This document shows positions 61,451-64,000 of a stretch of 64,000 bases of DNA, in pieces. The notes below the pieces were generated by a model. That model was not told the origin of the DNA, did not search any database, and saw only the letters and a program-made list of their open reading frames with translations. The stretch spans positions 39,248,001 to 39,312,000 of the forward strand of contig CM059432.1 in NCBI GenBank assembly GCA_030390025.1. The letters are read 5' to 3'. Position 1 is the stretch's first letter. Each line of letters begins with the position of its first letter. A program made the translations under genes and the position numbers. This DNA is from Squalus acanthias. Its lineage: Eukaryota.

Positions 61451-64000
61451 CTTCACCCGATCGAGGCCAGACCAGCTCCTTCACCCGATCGAGGCCAGAC
61501 CAGCCCCTTCACCCGATCGCGGCCAGACCAGCTCCTTCACCCGATCGCGGCCAGACCCCCCCTTCACCCGATCGCGGCCAGACCAGCTCCTTCACCCGAT
61601 CGAGGCCAGACCCCCTCTTCACTCGATCGAGGCCAGACCACCCCTTCACCCGATCGAGTTCAGACCCCCCCTTCACTCGATCGAGGCCAGACCACCCCTT
61701 CACCCGATCGAGTCCAGACCCCCCCTTCACTCAATCGAGGGCAGACCCCCCTTCACCCGATCGAGGCCAGACCACTCCCTTCACCTGATCGAGGCCAGAC
61801 CCCCCCCCTTCACCCGATCGAGGCCAGACCACCCCCTTCACTCGATCGAGGCCAGACCACCCCCTTCACCCGATCAAGGCCAGACCCCCCCCCTTCACCC
61901 GATCGAGGCCAAACCACCCCCTTCACTCGATCGAGGCCAGACCACCCCCTTCACCCGATCGAGGCCAGACCACCCCCTTCACCCGATCGAGGCCAGACCC
62001 CCCCCTTCACCCGATCGAGGCCAGACCACCCCCTTCACTCGATCGAGGCCAGACCCCCACTTCACCCGATCAAGGCCAGACCCCCCCGCTTCACCCGATC
62101 GAGTTCAGACCCCCCCTTCACTCGATCGAGGCAAGACCACCCCTTCACCCGATCGAGGCCAGACCACTCCCTTCACCTGATCGAGGCCAGACCCCCCCTT
62201 CACCCGATCGCGGCCAGACCCCCCCCTTCACCCGAATGTGGCCAGACCCCCCTTTCACCCGATCGAGGCCAGACCCCCCCTTCACCAGATCGAGGCCAGA
62301 CCCCCCCTTCACTCGATCGAGGCCAGACCACCCCCTTCACCCGATCGAGGCCAGACCACCCCCTTCACCCGATCGAGGCCAGACCCCCCCCTTCACCCGA
62401 TCGAGGCCAGACCCCCCCGCTTCACCCGATCGAGTTCAGACCCCCCCTTCACTCGATCGAGGCCAGACCACCCCTTCACCCGATCGAGTCCAGACCCCCC
62501 CCTTCACTCAATCGAGGGCAGACCCCCCTTCACCCGATCGAGGCCAGACCACTCCCTTCACCTGATCGAGGCCAGACCCCCCCGCTTCACCCGATCGAGT
62601 TCAGACCCCCCCTTCACTCGATCGAGGCCAGACCACCCCTTCACCCGATCGAGTCCAGACCCCCCCTTCACTCAATCGAGGGCAGACCCCCCTTCACCCG
62701 ATCGAGGCCAGACCACTCCCTTCACCTGATCGAGGCCAGACCCCCCCCCACTTCACCCGATCGAGGCCAGACCACCCCCATCACTCGATCGAGGCCAGAC
62801 CACCCCCTTCACCCGATCGAGGCCAGACCCCCCCCTTCACCCGATCGAGGCCAAACCACCCCCTTCACTCGATCGAGGCCAGACCACCCCCTTCACCCGA
62901 TCGAGGCCAGACCACCCCCTTCACCCGATCGAGGCCAGACCCCCCCCTTCACCCGATCGAGGCCAGACCCCCCCTTCACTCGATCGAGGCCAGACCACCC
63001 CTTCACCCGATCGAGTTCAGACCCCCCCTTCACTCGATCGAGGCCAGACCACCCCTTCACCCGATCGAGTCCAGACCCCCCCTTCACTCAATCGAGGGCA
63101 GACCCCCCTTCACCCGATCGAGGCCAGACCACTCCCTTCACCTGATCGAGGCCAGACCCCCCTTCACCCGATCGCGGCCAGACCCCCCCCTTCACCCGAA
63201 TGTGGCCAGACCCCCCTTTCACCCGATCGAGGCCAGACCCCCCCTTCACCAGATCGAGGCCAGACCCCCCCTTCACCCGATCGAGGCCAGACCCCCCTTC
63301 ACCCGATCGAGGCCAGACCACCTCCTTCACCCGATCGAGGCCAGACCCCCCCTTCACCCGATCGAGGCCAGACCCCCCCCTTCACCCGATCGAGGCCAGA
63401 CCACCCCCTTCACTCGATCGAGGCCAGACCACCCCCTTCACCCGATCGAGGCCAGACCCCCCCCTTCACCCGATCGAGGCCAAACCACCCCCTTCACTCG
63501 ATCGAGGCCAGACCACCCCCTTCACCCGATCGAGGCCAGACCACCCCCCTTCACCCGATCGAGGCCAGACCCCCCCCCTTCACCCGATCGAGGCCAGACC
63601 ACCCCCTTCACTCGATCGAGGCCAGACCCCCACTTCACCCGATCAAGGCCAGACCCCCCCCTTCACCCGATCGAGGCCAGACCCCCCCTTCACTCAATCG
63701 AGGGCAGACCCCCCTTCACCCGATCGAGGCCAGACCACTCCCTTCACCTGATCGAGGCCAGACCCCCCCCCCTTCACCCGATCGAGGCCAGACCACCCCC
63801 TTCACTCGATCGAGGCCAGACCACCCCCTTCACCCGATCGAGGCCAGACCCCCCCCTTCACCCGATCGAGGCCAAACCACCCCCTTCACTCGATCGAGGC
63901 CAGACCACCCCCTTCACCCGATCGAGGCCAGACCACCCCCTTCACCCGATCGAGGCCAGACCCCCCCCTTCACCCGATCGAGGCCAGACCACCCCCTTCA
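61451..64000 (+). repeat. Satellite/minisatellite, about 24-26 bp unit CTTCACCCGATCGAGGCCAGACC(A)CCC, roughly 100 units, continuing past the window
   Basis: Direct reading; recurring variant units. Confidence 0.97.

Noticed and set aside
61333..63751. Pro/Arg-rich ORFs and CRISPR-like look of the terminal array
   Set aside because: The ORFs are translations of a stop-poor satellite; units are head-to-tail with no unique spacers and no cas genes in a eukaryotic context

Overview
Eukaryotic, repeat-dominated vertebrate DNA. The repeat families (Deu-domain tRNA-SINEs, CR1 LINEs with short tandem tails, Penelope elements with minimal hammerheads) suggest a cartilaginous fish; this is an inference. 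No host protein-coding exon could be identified, so the window is probably intronic or intergenic. It is a nested stack of mobile elements. (1) A large PIF/Harbinger DNA-transposon clan: at least six large copies or derivatives with a HARBI1-like DDE transposase and/or a convergent three-exon Myb/SANT gene, plus many MITEs with 12-bp GG(G/C)NNNNAAATT-type TIRs and 3-bp ATT/ATA TSDs. (2) Many CR1/L2 LINE fragments, one with an uninterrupted RT frame. (3) Penelope-like elements, two with intact-looking hammerhead ribozymes. (4) A probable ~1.7-kb solo LTR. (5) A ~24-bp CpG-rich satellite running off the right edge. The most unusual locus is 51309-57464. There a near-intact Harbinger (51619-56015) sits inside the LTR and is flanked by a perfect 62-63 bp direct repeat instead of the 3-bp TSD of its relatives. 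Its two genes appear to carry pairs of mutually compensating lesions. All coordinates were read by eye and may be off by a few bases; no database search was run.
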